DNA of 64,000 nt from Octopus vulgaris (Eukaryota), in the NCBI GenBank assembly GCA_951406725.2, contig OX597819.1, positions 9,734,001 through 9,798,000 on the forward strand. The letters run 5' to 3'. This document shows, piece after piece, positions 1 to 13,760 of this stretch. The position numbers were made by a program, and so were the translations under genes. Every line of letters starts with the position of its first letter. Position 1 is the stretch's first letter. The notes beneath the pieces are model-generated. The model was not told where the DNA came from. It did not search any database and was given only the letters and a program-made list of their open reading frames with translations.

Positions 1-115
1 TCCACACTAGTCATATTTGGTTCAAATACTATACACAATGTATACAATATTGCATTCCATATATAAAAGGTCCCAGAGCGCGTACATCAACTATCATATC
101 CTGAATGTCAATTAT

Positions 116-336
116 TTACTCTTACTCTTTTACTCTTTTACTTGTTTCAGTCATTTTGACTGCGGCCATGCTGGAGCACCGCCTTTAGTCGAGCAAATCG
201 ACCCCGGGGCTTATTCTTTTGTAAGCCCAGTACTTATTCTATCGGTCTCTTTTTGCCGAACCGCTAAGTGACGGGGACGTAAACACACCAGCATCGGTTG
301 TTAAGCAATGCTAGGGGGACAAACACAGACACACAA

Positions 337-427
<91 letters not shown>

Positions 428-590
428 GACAGGCTTCTTTCAGTTTCCGTCTACCAAATCCACTCACAAGGCATTGGTCGGCCCGAAACTATAGCAGAAG
501 ACACTTGCCCAAGATGCCACGCAGTGGGACTGAACCCGCAACCGTGTGGTTGGTTAGCAAGCTACTTACCACACAGCCACTCCTGCGCCT
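116..590 (-). mobile_element. tRNA-derived SINE, family A (internal CA/TA microsatellite)
   Basis: Minus strand: head AGGCGCAGGAGTGGCTGTGTGG (A box) and GGTTCAGTCCC (B box), tail (GTAAAAGA)n. Multiple near-identical copies in the window. Confidence 0.9.
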
Positions 591-665
591 TTGTTTATTT
601 TAGTCGCAAAAGTCCTTTATTTTAAGGAGAAGTAAACAGTTGTTGCTTAAGACTCATTATTAATA

Positions 666-1075
666 TTGGTTTCAAATTTTGCCACAAGGCCAGTATTTTC
701 GAGGGAGGAACAAGTCGATTACATCGACCTCAGTGTTCTTATTTTACAGACACCTAAAGGATGAAAGGCAAAGTCGACCTCGGTGAAATTTAAACTGTGA
801 ACGTGAAGACGGACGAAATGCCGCTAAGCAGTTTGCCCAGCGTTGTAACGATTCTACCAGCTCGCCGCCTTAGACTGTTAATTAATATTATAGGTCCATA
901 TAAGGCGGTGAGCTTGCAGAATCGTTAACGCAACGGGTGAGATGCTTTGTGGCATTTTGTCCCGTCTTTACAGTCTGAGTCCAAAATAAGTACCAGCTAA
1001 GTACTGGAGTCGATATATTCGACATACACCCCGCACCCGCCAAATTTTTGACCTTGTGCTAAAATCTGAAACGAA
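666..1075. mobile_element. Two divergent copies of SINE family C (Meta-domain-like)
   Basis: 666-871 (-) and 902-1075 (+). The family core GAGGTCGACTTTGCCTTTCATCCTTT..GGTCGATAAAATAAGTACC resembles the MetaSINE domain (from memory). Confidence 0.7.
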
Positions 1076-1171
1076 TATTACAGGTCCATGTAGATAAAAT
1101 AGTAATTTATTGATCAGATTTCAATTTCAAACTTATCTGGGGTCAGGAATCTGTGCAATTAGAGATTATCA

Positions 1172-1471
1172 TCTTTATATATAAAAGTGAGGTTGTGTGA
1201 GTGTCTGTCTCCTACGATTTAGATTCCTAACTACTCCCACATTTTGCGGTGCAGTTTAACCAAAAGCGGGTATCTTATAGTCGTGATTCATATCGAGCCC
1301 TTCTGGGTATTAGCGCGTGTCTACGACGAGTCTACGATTTAAAAAAATTTACCATCATTTTTTCCCTTTTTTAATGCATTTTTTGCTATTATATAAGGGA
1401 AGTAACTCTCTAAAAATGCTTATATAGTTATTTCCCTTACAAACCCGAGCAACGCCGGGCGATACTGCTAG
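1172..1471 (+). mobile_element. Non-autonomous Helitron
   Basis: 5'-TC start, 3' hairpin CCCGAGCAACGCCGGG then ATACTGCTAG end. Inserted between A and T, no TSD. Confidence 0.9.
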
Positions 1472-2155
1472 TTATAATATAAAACACTAGGTCAATAGTT
1501 CTTATTGTTGTTAATAATGATTAGTCTCGATCGAGCACATCTTGGATCAAAAGCATTCCAGTCGTGACAATTCCTTTATTCTGTATATCTGCAACTATAT
1601 TGTCCAGTGCCCTCTCTTCTTTTTTTTAAGATATCAGGGTGTTATTCTATGAAAATTTGGCTGCTATTTCTAACGGGTGAATCGATTGCGTAGGGGATCC
1701 TCCTTTTGGCTATGGTGAGTTGTGAGAATATTGCTAAACTCCCAAGAATCCGAGAACCCTTCTCATATTCCAGTTCTATAACTAACGATTCAATACTGTT
1801 CAATGGGGTCAGCATTTCAGTACTACCGAATACAGACGAGCCCCTAGCGAGACAAGAACACGTGATTGTAGCGATTCCTCGGTTAAAGCAACTTCGCTTT
1901 ATTTATATCATTTATACTCCTAGTTAAGGGAATAATCGTCTCATAATTTCTTCTTGCCCAACTCTTATAAACTTGAGACCGTGTACGTGTCTGACTGAAT
2001 CAATATAACTATGCTAGTGAGCATAATACAGTAAAATAAGTAATTGTATGCAGGCCCATGATTAGATATTTTGGTATATTTCTAGCACTCAACTGGTTCA
2101 CAACTAACCGTAACTATGCCCAGTGTTGACTGATGTAAGCAGTATGACTTACATA

Positions 2156-2545
2156 GTGGAGGCGCAATGGCCCAGTGGTTAGGGCAGCGGACTCGCGGTC
2201 ATAGGATCGCCGTTTCGATTCCCAGACCGGGTGTTGTGAGTGTTTATTGAGCGAAAACACCTAAAAGCTCCACGAGGCTCCGGCAGGGGATGGTAGTGAT
2301 CCCTGCTGTACTCTTTCACCACAACTTTCTCTCACTCTTACTTCCTGTTTCTGTTGTACCTGTATTTCAAAGGGCCGGCCTTGTCACTCTCTGTGTCACG
2401 CTGAATATCCCCGAGAACTACGTTAAGGGTACACGTGTCTGTGGAGTGCTCAGCCACTTACACGTTAATTTCACGAGCAGGCTGTTCCGTTGATTCGGAT
2501 CAACCGGAACCCTCGTCGTCGTAACCGACGGAGTGCTTCCATCCA
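2156..2545 (+). mobile_element. tRNA(Arg)-like SINE, family B (~385 bp)
   Basis: Head GGCGCAATGGCCCAGTGGTTAGGGC..ACTCGCG..GTTTCGATTCC and (TCCA)n tail; nine near-identical full-length copies. Source of the recurring 'MVVIPAVLFHH' ORFs. Confidence 0.9.
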
Positions 2546-4029
2546 GATGTACATCATGACAACGACTACAGCAGATATAAAACGATGGCCCTATATGCCA
2601 TGTACTTGTCAAAATAAAGTTTTCCTTCATTCGTTTAGATTTGTAGATCCCAAAGATAGGCATCAGCCCCTGTATTCGCAGATGTCAGTCGATAGTGACC
2701 GACCTATAGAACTATCTAGTGCTTTAGAAAAAAGAATTATATAACACCTTCCTGATCTAATACAGTTTTTTAATAGGTAGTTATAACTGTAATCACCTTA
2801 ATTCTGATATTTAGCTATTACTATGACCCTAATTCTTGGAGTATTCCTCCGAAGCTGTGGTTATGAAACGGCAGGAGCAATTAATTCTGCCTGTTTTGGT
2901 CTACCCAAATACAAGGAGCAGACAGCAGACCTTCCGGGCATATTACTTGCGATATACTGGTCTTCTATCCAAGCTGAGATTTATCCCTCAACTGTTTAAT
3001 GCTATGATTATTCCTTTAAACAACATCCGATTGTTTATATTTCTGTGTTGAATTGGTTCTCTGTAATCATTATCAGAATGTCATACATAAGAATCTCTGC
3101 CAACACATTATATGGGTCGATGCAATTGAACAACTGTGAAGAGTCGATGGTTTTATTTTATTTCCTTACTTAGAATGTAGTTATTCTTTCTTCCCACTAA
3201 CCAGTATTGTCATATTTGGTATGCGAACAGTTACTGGCCAGGAAGTAACATAAGCAATATCCGAGTAGGCTCTTCTTGATCTACTTTATTCCACTTTCCG
3301 CAATCTCTGTATAAGGACACCAGGCATAAATCATAAGAGGAGGCGAGAGGGAGGGAGTGGGTGGATAAGTGCATGACGGAATCAATTTTACTTGATAGAA
3401 ACGTTCCCTATTTTGAGGTTTGTCATAATGTATGAGGTTTAATACTATATTGATTCTTGTACTAAGTCGCAAGACCAAAGTTTGCTGTGTCAGAGAAGGA
3501 TATAGTCAATTGCATCGACGTCCAATGAAAGGCATCAACCTAGGAAGAATGAGTGGCAAAGTCGATCACGCCAGTTGATTCTAGAGTAAAAGTCATTTAG
3601 TCTGAGGACTTTAGCATTTCAGCCAATTCGCAGCCCTGGTTTTTGCTGTAAAGTAGATAACGAAAACTAAGAGAAGTCAACCATAGAAATGTGAACCTAA
3701 GAAATACCAAACTGAAAGCTAATCAAATATGACTATCTCAAAGTAAAGTTCTATTTAAACCAAAAGACCCTTTGGGTGGTTATTTTCAGGAAAAACATCT
3801 AGAAGTTGGAGAACTTTCAAGATGTTCCTTTTAATAACGATGGGATTCAGTAAGCACTGAAAAAGTCTGCGACGCCGACTCGATTCCTAGATATAACAAT
3901 ATTGCTTTCGTTACGTCACTAATAAAATATCATTGAGAATGGTTTTCACGTCGCTACCCTGTAATTTTGTGACCCCATTCTTAAGATTAAATTAGTGAGA
4001 ATGAATGATATTCCTGATTTATATGATTG

Positions 4030-4414
4030 TGGAAGCACTCCGTCGGTTACGACGATGAGGGTTCCGGTTGATCCGATCAACGGAACAGCCTGCTCGTGAA
4101 ATTAACGTGTAAGTGGCTGAGCACTCCACAGACACGTGTACCCTTAACGTAGTTCTCGGGGATATTCAACGTGACACAGAGAGTGACAAGGCCGGCCCTT
4201 TGAAATACAGGTACAACAGAAACAGGAAGTAAGAGTGAGAGAAGGTTGTGGTGAAAGAGTACAGCAGGGATCACCACCATCCCCTACCGGATCCTCGTGG
4301 AGCTTTTAGGTGTTTTCGCTCAATAAACACTCACAACGCCCGGTCTGGGAATCGAAACCGCGATCCTACGACCGCGAGTCCGCTGCCCTAACCACTGGGC
4401 CATTGCGCCTCCAC
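4030..4414 (-). mobile_element. SINE family B with 12-bp TSD
   Basis: TSD atttatatgatt at 4017-4028 and 4416-4427. Confidence 0.92.
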
Positions 4415-4882
4415 AATTTATATGATTAGTAGTCCATAGAATATATAATAGAACAAACGGAATGTAAGTGAACCACAAATGTTTTACATATAGAAGATCA
4501 TGTTGAAGATATAACTAGAATGTATTTAGTTGGTACGATAGACTGATCAGAGAGAAGCTTCTATTTGAGATGGCAACAGACATAGATTTAGGATGAATAT
4601 CTTAAGGGGTGAATGAGGAGGGTCTTAACATAAGGCTTCCTAATAACTTTACGTAATTGATAAGATTGCGGTGTTGCTTGGAATATAAGAACTAGGAATA
4701 GCCTACATACCACATCTGAAGTGACTAAATCACAATGAAGAGTCACTCAATTCTAATAATTGTTAGAAGAGACTGATTAATAGCATTTTATGATGTTATT
4801 GTGACCATCCAGTCTTTTTCCATATCATCGTCTACATTCTTCTTCTTTTAAGAAGATAGGATGTGATTTGAGGAGATTGGGT

Positions 4883-5090
4883 TACTCTTTTACTCTTTTA
4901 CTTGTTTCAGTCATTTGACTGCGGCCATGCTGGAGCACCGCCTTTAGTCGAGCAAATCGACCCCGGGACTTATTCTTTGTCAGCCCAGTACTTATTCTAT
5001 CGGTCTCTTTTGCCGAACCGCTAAGTGACGGGGACGTAAACACACCAGCATCAGTCGTCAAGCAATGCTAGGGGAACAAACACAGACACA

Positions 5091-5169
<79 letters not shown>

Positions 5170-5222
5170 GACAGGCTTCTTTCAGTTTCCGTCTACCAAA
5201 TCCACTCACTAGGCATTGGTCG
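4883..5222 (-). mobile_element. SINE family A, head truncated
   Basis: Near identity to 116-480. Confidence 0.85.
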
Positions 5223-5732
5223 GGTTGTTATCTTTAGCTGAGTGGATGGCCACATAATGACTCCCTCGTTTAACTTGTTAGTGAGAAGCTGAAGCTTAAG
5301 TATACTGGAAGTGCAACACGTATTTTTAGCAGCATTTCACCTAAATCTACAGATTGAATTGTCAGAAGGAGACAGTTACTTCTGGTTGTTGTTTTATATT
5401 GAGAAAACATCAAAAGTCAACATGAAGGATATTTGAGATGGCGAGAAATAGATGTTATAGAATCCAGAGTGAAAACCTTATTGTAGATAACGTAATATTT
5501 TTCTCTTTTAGCTGCCTGTGCACTTAAGACAACTAATACAAATATCATAATGCACTGTAATTTATCAGCAACTAGTTATAGCTACTATAAGTTCCATTAT
5601 TTTTATTCATCTTCAGGGTGCTAGATTGGCAAATCCAGTAGAACATCATATCACATACATTTACGGTATTTAGTTACGTCACCGTCGATCTCACCGAGTG
5701 AACTTTTTTTAGCATCATTCTGTGGTTTGTTG

Positions 5733-6078
5733 AAGGCGCATGGCTCAGTGGTTAGAGCGTCGAGCTTACGATCGTGAGGTTGTGAGCTCGAATCCCGGAC
5801 CGGGCTGCGTGTTGTGTTCTTGAGCAAGGCACTTTATTTCACGTTGCTCCAGTTCACTCAGCTGTAGAAATGAGTTGCGACGTCACAGGTGCCAAGCCGT
5901 ATCGGCCCCTTTGCCTTTCCCTTGGATAACACTGGTGGCGTGCAGAGGGGAGGCTGATATGCATGGACGACTGCTGGCCTTCCATAAACAACCTTGCCCG
6001 GACTTGTGTCTAGGAGGGTAACTTTCTAGGTGCAATCCCATGGTCATTCATGACCGAAGGGGGTCTTTACCCCCTTTA
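5733..6078 (+). mobile_element. tRNA-derived SINE, family D
   Basis: A box TGGCTCAGTGG and B box GCTCGAATCC, followed by a central domain CTTGAGCAAGGCACTTTATTTCACGTTGCTCCAG that is also seen at about 35320-35365 and 10240-10290. Confidence 0.75.
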
Positions 6079-6314
6079 CATTCAAATACTGGAATTAATT
6101 TCCTTCGCTACTCATTCGCGCCACGAAGTTGTGACTTTCTTAGAAATTATAATTATTTTCTTTTTGTTTATATCTATTTATTTATTGGAGGGGGGTGGGA
6201 CCGTTTGAGTGACTTAATCGATTATGCCCTCCCATTTCAAAACTACACTCTTCCTCGAAACTGTGCTGCCTTACGCTAAACGAAGATAAATTTATTACAG
6301 CTGGTGAGTATTAG

Positions 6315-6355
<41 letters not shown>

Positions 6356-7874
6356 ATTTGGCTCAAAAGCAAATAGCAAGGCCATGTAGGGGGACATGGA
6401 GTTAAGTACAGGGTGGTGTACGGATCCGCAACCCGGACGGAGAAAGCTCCTCTCCTTCGATTGAGATGAAATCGTCGCAGGTAGAGCTTTTCGGAATGAC
6501 CCCGCAGCCGACGCTCTGTGGTAGAGTACCGGGCAAAATGTTCTGAAGTGTTAAGCCCTATGTTCTGAGTTCAAATCTCTCGGGATTTTGCCTTTGCTTT
6601 CCATCTTTCCACGTTCAATAAAACAATAAAATAATACCAATGATCTACCAAGGTGGATTCGATTGATACTCTCTTTTCTTAACACTTTCTGGTCCTTCTA
6701 ATGTTGCTTTCTTACATTATTGCAATATTGTTTGCTGATACAAGGTCACAAAGTTGAAGTGGCAGTGTCCAGCCAAATGAACAGTGCTCAGTATATTACT
6801 GGTACTCACTTTTTGAAACCGTAGAGGTGAGAGTAAAATTGAACTAAGGCAAAATTTGAACCTAGGTAGCTGAGAGATGAAAACTAAACATTTAGTCCAG
6901 TACTGTAGCGCTGCCAGTCGATCTCCCTTCATTTCCGTTAATATTGATTTCTAACTTAGGCAGATTGGAATGGGTGAGTTTAGTCGATAAGATTGAACCC
7001 AATATTTGATTAATTATGTTATTGACGCCAGAAGCACAAAAAGGTAAAATTAAATCATTGAGAATAGATGATCATCTTATATCCGCTAGACGTAATGGAG
7101 GCATCAGCAAATGTTTCGCTCCTGCTACTTGTTTATTAATCCCCAAGCAGCGTTTATGTTTTTTTTAACGCTGTTGATACCGCTGCTGAACGGTACTATC
7201 CAGGTGTCGAAACCATAGTGAAATCCGTTTGGTAGCTGATGATGGAAATATATGTTTGATATGCTTGTCGTTGTTAGTCTTTAATATCTTGTGGTCTCAT
7301 TGATCTCAGCTGTTCTTCATTCTCGTAGGGATGAATTTGTTAAAGGATTTTTGCTTTCTAGGTGCTTTAGTTGTTTGTATTATAACAAATGTGTATTGCT
7401 TAATTGCTCTCATTGGAAGTCTAATTAAATCTAGTGCAATACATAATTAAGGGTTTCTAGTTTCGGGAGGTTTTGCTGTAAGCATTAAAATAAACATAAT
7501 CTACGTAAGTAGTCCCCAAATATTTTGGATATCGAAAGTTTGATTCAAGTTATGACATGAGTATATTCAGTTGATATGACGTACGGAGTAGGGAGAGGGC
7601 TTCTATTTGAGAAGGCAATGAATATAGAATAGGGAACTTGAGGGATGAATGAGAAGGTTATCAGAAGAGTGGGTAATAACTTGACATCAATGATGGGACC
7701 ACAGGATTTGGAGAAGGAAGGTAAAGAGTTGTACTTAAATACCACAAAGCATTTTGTCTGACGGTCTAAGGATTTTGTCTGATGGTCTGACGGTCCCTCT
7801 GTGTTTAGCTGTGGGTAGTAAAGAAATAGGTCTAAGGATTCCGCCAATTTACCGCCCGTGTTTTTTGCTAATAT

Positions 7875-8296
7875 TCTTTCTACTATAGGCACAAAGCCTG
7901 CAATTTTGGTGGGAAGGAGCAAGTCGATTATATCGATCCCAGTGCTCAACTGGTACTTATCTTATCGACCCGAAAGAAAAACAAAGTCAACCCCGGCGGA
8001 ATTTCTACTCAGAAAGTAAAAGATCCGGAAGAAATGCCACTAAGCATTTTAGTCCGGCACGTAAATGTTTCTGCTATCTCACGGCCTAGTTTTTGTTAAC
8101 ATTTCTTTCAAATTATGGTGAAAGATAAATCGATTACATCGATCTCTGTACACTTAACTGGTTCTTATTTTATCGACCCCGAAGTGTGACCGGCAAAGTC
8201 GACCTCGGCGGAATTTGAACTCAGCATGTAAGGACGAATGAAATGCCGCCAAGCATTTTGTCCGGTGTACTAACAATTTGCCAGCTCGCCGCCTTT
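7875..8296 (-). mobile_element. Two tandem SINE family C copies
   Basis: Repeated ATCGACCC..AAAGTCGACCTCGGCGGAATTTGAACTCAG..GAAATGCC motifs. Confidence 0.7.
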
Positions 8297-8371
8297 GTTT
8301 TCGTTAATATTGAACGACAATATAATGCAAAACGCCGACATCATCACCGTCGATGTTGTTAGGGTTTTTGA

Positions 8372-8461
8372 GGCGATCTTTCGTCTCTAGTAGACCTTTC
8401 CGTCGATTTCCGTAAAAATTTTTTTTTTCTTTTGAAGTTACCGTGCATGGGAGCATTGATG

Positions 8462-8501
<40 letters not shown>

Positions 8502-8781
8502 ATGGGGTGTGGGAGACAGACAGTATGTTGTGTAAGTGAAGTGCTTCTGTTAGTGTGTGTGAAGAGACAGAGTAATGTGTGAAAGAAAGAGATAACTGAA
8601 ATTTTTTACTCGGTTTTTGTAGTGCGTGCGTGTGTATGCATGTATGTGTATATGTATGTATGCATGTATGTGTGTGTGTGTATGTAGCAGTCGACAAGGC
8701 ATGTATAACGATTAAATAAAAAAATTTTTTTAATTTTTTACGGAAATCGACGGAAAGGTCTACTAGAGACGAAAGATCGCC
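8372..8781. mobile_element. MITE with ~47-bp perfect TIRs and an 8-bp TSD (Merlin-type)
   Basis: TIR GGCGATCTTTCGTCTCTAGTAGACCTTTCCGTCGATTTCCGTAAAAA; TSD gtttttga at 8364-8371 and 8782-8789. Confidence 0.9.
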
Positions 8782-9076
8782 GTTTTTGATTCCATTGTAG
8801 TTACTGTTGTTGTGTAGCCCCAAACATGACATGATGAAATAGGCTTATCATCAAAGGTGTTGCAGCCATGTATGTGTATTTTTCATGCATAATGTATCTA
8901 GGATCATGTTATCCAATATGTCCTTTATTTCAAAGTATAGTGTAGTTTGAGAGACGTTTGCCAGGCCAAGTGAGCGCGTAGGGAGTTGATCATTGACTCA
9001 TGATGTATAGTCATTCAGTATTACTCCCTAATTGAAGCCATTTCACTTCAACATGTGTTACTAATTAATATTGGTG

Positions 9077-9505
9077 TAGGCATGGATGTATGGTTAAGAA
9101 GCTCGCTTTGTTTCCACGTGGTTTTAGGTTCTTTCCTATAGCGCGGCACCTTGGATAGGTATCTTCTACTATAGCCTGGTGAGTGGGTTTGATAGATGGA
9201 AAATGTATGGAAATTTGTCGTACATGTTTGTGTGAGTGTTTGTGTGTGTCATCTCTATATCTATACTTAACCCCCCTCACACACACACACTGCTTGTTTA
9301 CGTTGGTTTGTTTACGTCCCCGTAGCTTCTGCGGTTCAGTACAAGAGATCTTTTCCATTTCTTTTCTCATTTCTTCATTTTTTTTTTAAGTGCCAGACTT
9401 TAAACAAATAAATCCTAGGGTCGATTTGTTCACTTAAAACCTTTCAAAGTGTTGCCCCTGCCCAGCATGGCCGCAGCCCATTGACTTAAACATGTAAAAG
9501 ATAAT
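9077..9505 (+). mobile_element. SINE family A, old diverged copy
   Basis: Degenerate head and the tail ccagcatggccgcag...aaaag. Confidence 0.65.
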
Positions 9506-9735
9506 TACCTTTATTCATAATTACTTCGTATTTTGTTGATCCTAGAAAGATAATAAGGCCAAATTGTCTTTGGAAGGATTCGAAATCAGAACAAGAAGAG
9601 ATGTAATTAAATACCGCAAGCGTTACTATTCCCCTTGAGGAAAGCTTAAACGTTACATAACCTCCTTTAACCTTTCCCTATAATTTTGAGATAATGTGCC
9701 TAATTCAGAAATTATTACTGATAAACCGACTCGTC

Positions 9736-9987
9736 CCGTTCGACATAAGCCCACAGGTCGGAAATTGTTGGACACTGCACGAGTGCGTGCAGAACGGTTT
9801 CGTCGCTCTGACCGCATCTCGGGCAGGTCGGCCCCGTGTTTCTCGAGCCGTGTCTGTAGAGCTTATCCCGAACGGGTAGCGCTTCTCGGTAGCACTGCCA
9901 AGCCAGGGATCTCTGGAAGTTGTCCATGGGCCCTGGCCCGAAAGTCGTCCCGAACAGGCGGGTCAGGTATTCCTCGTCGACGTCCAC
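9736..9987 (-). mobile_element. L1/Tx1-type LINE fragment (zf-RVT region)
   Basis: SLAWQCYREALPVRDKL..TCPRCGQSDETVLHALVQC, a CCHC zinc knuckle of the zf-RVT type. Confidence 0.8.
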
Positions 9988-10021
9988 TAATCCCCTATAG
10001 AATGCTTGGGTTGTGATGGAG

Positions 10022-10121
<100 letters not shown>

Positions 10122-10542
10122 TCAGACTATCGACTCTTGTACATCGTTGGTCACAAAGTGCTTTGCATCGCTTTAGCTTTCGAATGATGCCACCCTTGAT
10201 TGGAATGTTGATCCGCTGCAGGGTGACCCCAGTTACAGCGGAGTGGACTGGAGCAACGTGAAATGAAGTGTTTTGATCAGCAACACAACGCCACCGCTCA
10301 GGCCGGGAATCGAACCCATGATCAAGTGTTATTAACGATAGAAGTAGTATTGGTTCAGAATAGCACCATGTATATATTACTTAACGTGAATGTCTCATCG
10401 AAAGCCATAAGACTTCCGTGATCGTCATGAGAAAGCTTCTCCTATACAAGTACACAGCTAAAGTGCACAACATAAATATGCGTGTGTATGTGTGCGAGTG
10501 TGTGTGGGTACATATGCATATATGTATGCATGTATGTATGTA

Positions 10543-10748
10543 TACTCTCTTTTACCCTTTTACTGGTTTCAGTCAGTTGACTGCGGCCATGCTGGAGCAC
10601 CACCTTTTAGTCGAGCAAATCGACCCCAGGACTTATTATTTTGTAAGCCCAGTACTTATTCTATCGGTCTCTTTTGCCGAACCGCTAAGTGACGGGGACG
10701 TAAACACACCAGCATCGGTTGTCAAGCAATGCTAGGGGGACAAACACA

Positions 10749-10822
<74 letters not shown>

Positions 10823-11004
10823 TATATATATACATATATACGACAGGCTTCTTTCAGTTTCCGTCTACCAAATCCACTCACAAGGCTTTGGTCGGCCCCG
10901 GGCTATAGCAGAAGACACTTGCCCAAGATGCCACGCAGTGGGACTGAACCCAGAGCCATGTGGTTGGTTAGCAAGCTACTTACCACACAGCCACTCCTGC
11001 GCCT
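10543..11004 (-). mobile_element. SINE family A
   Basis: Full-length match to 116-590. Confidence 0.9.
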
Positions 11005-11017
11005 GTATGTATGTATG

Positions 11018-11048
<31 letters not shown>

Positions 11049-11549
11049 TTACTGCTGAACCCCAACGAATTTATCTAGATACTTTATGGTATCCAAGATT
11101 TATTTTTTGTTTGTTTATTTATTTACTTATTTTGTGAGAAGTTCTGCAGAATAATAGATAAGGCAGCAACCGTGTCGAATTCGAAAAGAGTTACCATTCT
11201 TGATTGAAGCTTAATTTCACTTACATTACACTTCTATTTTTCGTAAACTATCATCCAAGCAAATTGAAAGATAAGAAGGAAAAATAAGATATATATATAC
11301 AAAATAAGAAAATGGAGAAATACATCTAAATCAAATATCGATTACCAGATAATACCCAATCACATACTTTATTAAACCACCACATAAGAAACTTTACCTT
11401 TGCCCATATAATACAGTAAATGAATTAATTGCATCGCAATTCTTAATATTTATGTATTAACTTTGTTGGGTACTTCACTAGCAGTATATTGGATATATGT
11501 TATCCCATGGAGGGCTGCATTTACAACCCCTATCTCAATTTGTATATAC

Positions 11550-11611
<62 letters not shown>

Positions 11612-11809
11612 ATATCGTGTTTTCTGCTTCTAATTAAAAAGATACAGCTCCTGCTGTTACAGAATATGTTTGGTACATAGTCAAAAGAGAACAGTTGTAG
11701 TCGTCGGGGTAATAGCAGTTGCCAAAGCAGGCAGGAATATACTTCCCATATCAACTTTACAATATCTTGTGTCCCATTTAATGAAACGTGCTTTTTGTTT
11801 TCCAATCCC

Positions 11810-11811
<2 letters not shown>

Positions 11812-11887
<76 letters not shown>

Positions 11888-12137
11888 ATGTGTGTGCGCG
11901 TGTGTGTGTTGTGTATGCTTGCGAATGTGTAAATATTATATGAGTAGGTGTGTTTGTGATAAGATTACACGTCTGTATATATGTCTCTATGTATGTATGT
12001 ATGTATGTATGTATGTATGTATGTATGTATGTATGTGTGTATGTATGTGTGTATGTATGTATGTATGTATGTATGTATACGTACGTACGTATGTATGTAT
12101 GTATGTATGTATGTATATATGTATGTATGTATGTACG

Positions 12138-12171
<34 letters not shown>

Positions 12172-12271
12172 TGTCTCTGTATGTATGTATGTATGTATGT
12201 ATGTATGTATGTATGTACGTATGTATGTATGTATGTATGTATGTATGTATGTATGTATGTATGTATGTATG
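11812..12271. repeat. (TG)n and (TATG)n microsatellites
   Basis: Direct reading. Confidence 0.95.
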
Positions 12272-12664
12272 TTTATATTCCATTGCTGTGTCATTAACAT
12301 CGTGAAAACGAGCCAAAGAAAGTCAACGTCCGAGCTACAAGAAATAGCAGCCAAATTTCTCTCAAACCACTCCATACGTTCTTGTAAAAAGAAAGACACA
12401 TGGGATTATATAGCCCTAGTTATAGAAAAAGACTGCACAGTCATGGTTGAAAATTGTTTAAGCGTAGATTTTTTTCAATCACAGCGGGTATGAATGCACA
12501 ATAAGAACAAGAAAAGGAGTCGATTCGTTCGACTAAAATTCCTCAAGGTGGTGCCTCAGCATGGCCGCAATCTAATGAGTGAAACAAGTAAAAGATAAAA
12601 GATTAAAAAAAAACTCCCTACTGACTCTCCTGAGTTCAATTCTTACAGAAAATACTGACTGTTA

Positions 12665-13048
12665 GGAGCACTCCGTCGGTTACGACGATGATTGTCCCAG
12701 CTGATACGATCAACGGAACAGCTTGCTCGTGGAATTAACGTGCAAGTGGCTGAGCACTCCACAGACACGTATACCCTTAACGTAGAACTCCGGGATATTC
12801 AGCGTGACACAGAGAGTGACAAGGCCGGCCCTTTGAAAATACAGGTACAACAGAAACAGGAAGTAAGAGTGAGAGAAAGTTGTGGTGAAAGAGTACAACA
12901 GGGATCACCACCATCCCCTGCCGGAGCCTCGCGGAGCTTTTGGGTGTTTTCGCTCAATAAACACTCACAACGCCCGGTCTGGGAATCGAAACCGCGATCC
13001 TTCGACCGCGAGTTCGCTGCCCTAACCACTGGGCCATTGCGCCTCCAC
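12665..13048 (-). mobile_element. SINE family B
   Basis: Full-length match. Confidence 0.9.
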
Positions 13049-13363
13049 TATATAAAATATGTACTAGCAAAACATGTAGTAGCTACATACAGTACCATTC
13101 CACCAGACGCAAAGAGATGCGCCTCATCAATAAAACTCCTATGTGCATATGCTCACTCACACTCGCGTGAGCATATGCATTTGGGTGCATGTACGTGGGT
13201 GAGCGTGTGCGCATGTGTTTGCATGTATCTGTGCGCATGCGCAAATTCTATGAGTGTTTTTTACTACCCCTCTTTCGGGTTTTTTCTCTTTATTTAAGGG
13301 TCATTCTAATATCTCTTTAGCTTTTCTTAATAACGGTCATTTTCATAACATTTTTGTTTGACT

Positions 13364-13426
13364 TAATAACTGACAAGATGCCGGAGCAGATTTCCGCCCC
13401 AACATCCGAAACTCGGAGTTTTATTA
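13364..13426 (+). ncRNA. Hammerhead motif with a mutated core
   Basis: UAAUAA-CUGACAA-GAUG..CAUCC-GAAA-CUCGGAG-UU-UUAUUA. 6-bp stem I, but the core lacks G8. Confidence 0.5.
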
Positions 13427-13512
13427 TGGCAACCGAATAATTGCCACATATTATATTACAAATTCCTCTATTTACATAAATAGAGAGGTCTCATTCATTC
13501 ATGTGTTGTTAT

Positions 13513-13573
<61 letters not shown>

Positions 13574-13760
13574 GAATGGAGAAACATACTTAAATCAGTA
13601 AAACATCAACTATCCGATGATACTCAATCCATACTTTAATACACCATTACATATGAGTAAAGGCAATATATAAAATGAAATGAGATATACAGTAATAGTA
13701 AAAGTAAAAAGATAAAGAGATATAAGTAAAAAATTTCAAATATAATATGCAAATAAATCA

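Noticed and set aside
2156-2235. tRNA genes (also at 5733 and about 61000)
   Set aside because: These are SINE heads continuing into SINE bodies; no complete cloverleaf with an acceptor stem.
2290-2493. Recurring 67-aa ORF MVVIPAVLFHH as a multigene family
   Set aside because: Lies inside young SINE B copies with Pol III boxes and TSDs; conservation reflects recent copying, and some copies are disrupted.
5512-5617. Possible upstream exon after ttctcttttag
   Set aside because: The translation has no EGF or other recognisable motif and there is no good donor.
6291-6309. Possible 3-nt microexon or exon end (ttacag CTG gtgagt)
   Set aside because: Weak pyrimidine tract and no recognisable coding context; needs RNA-seq.
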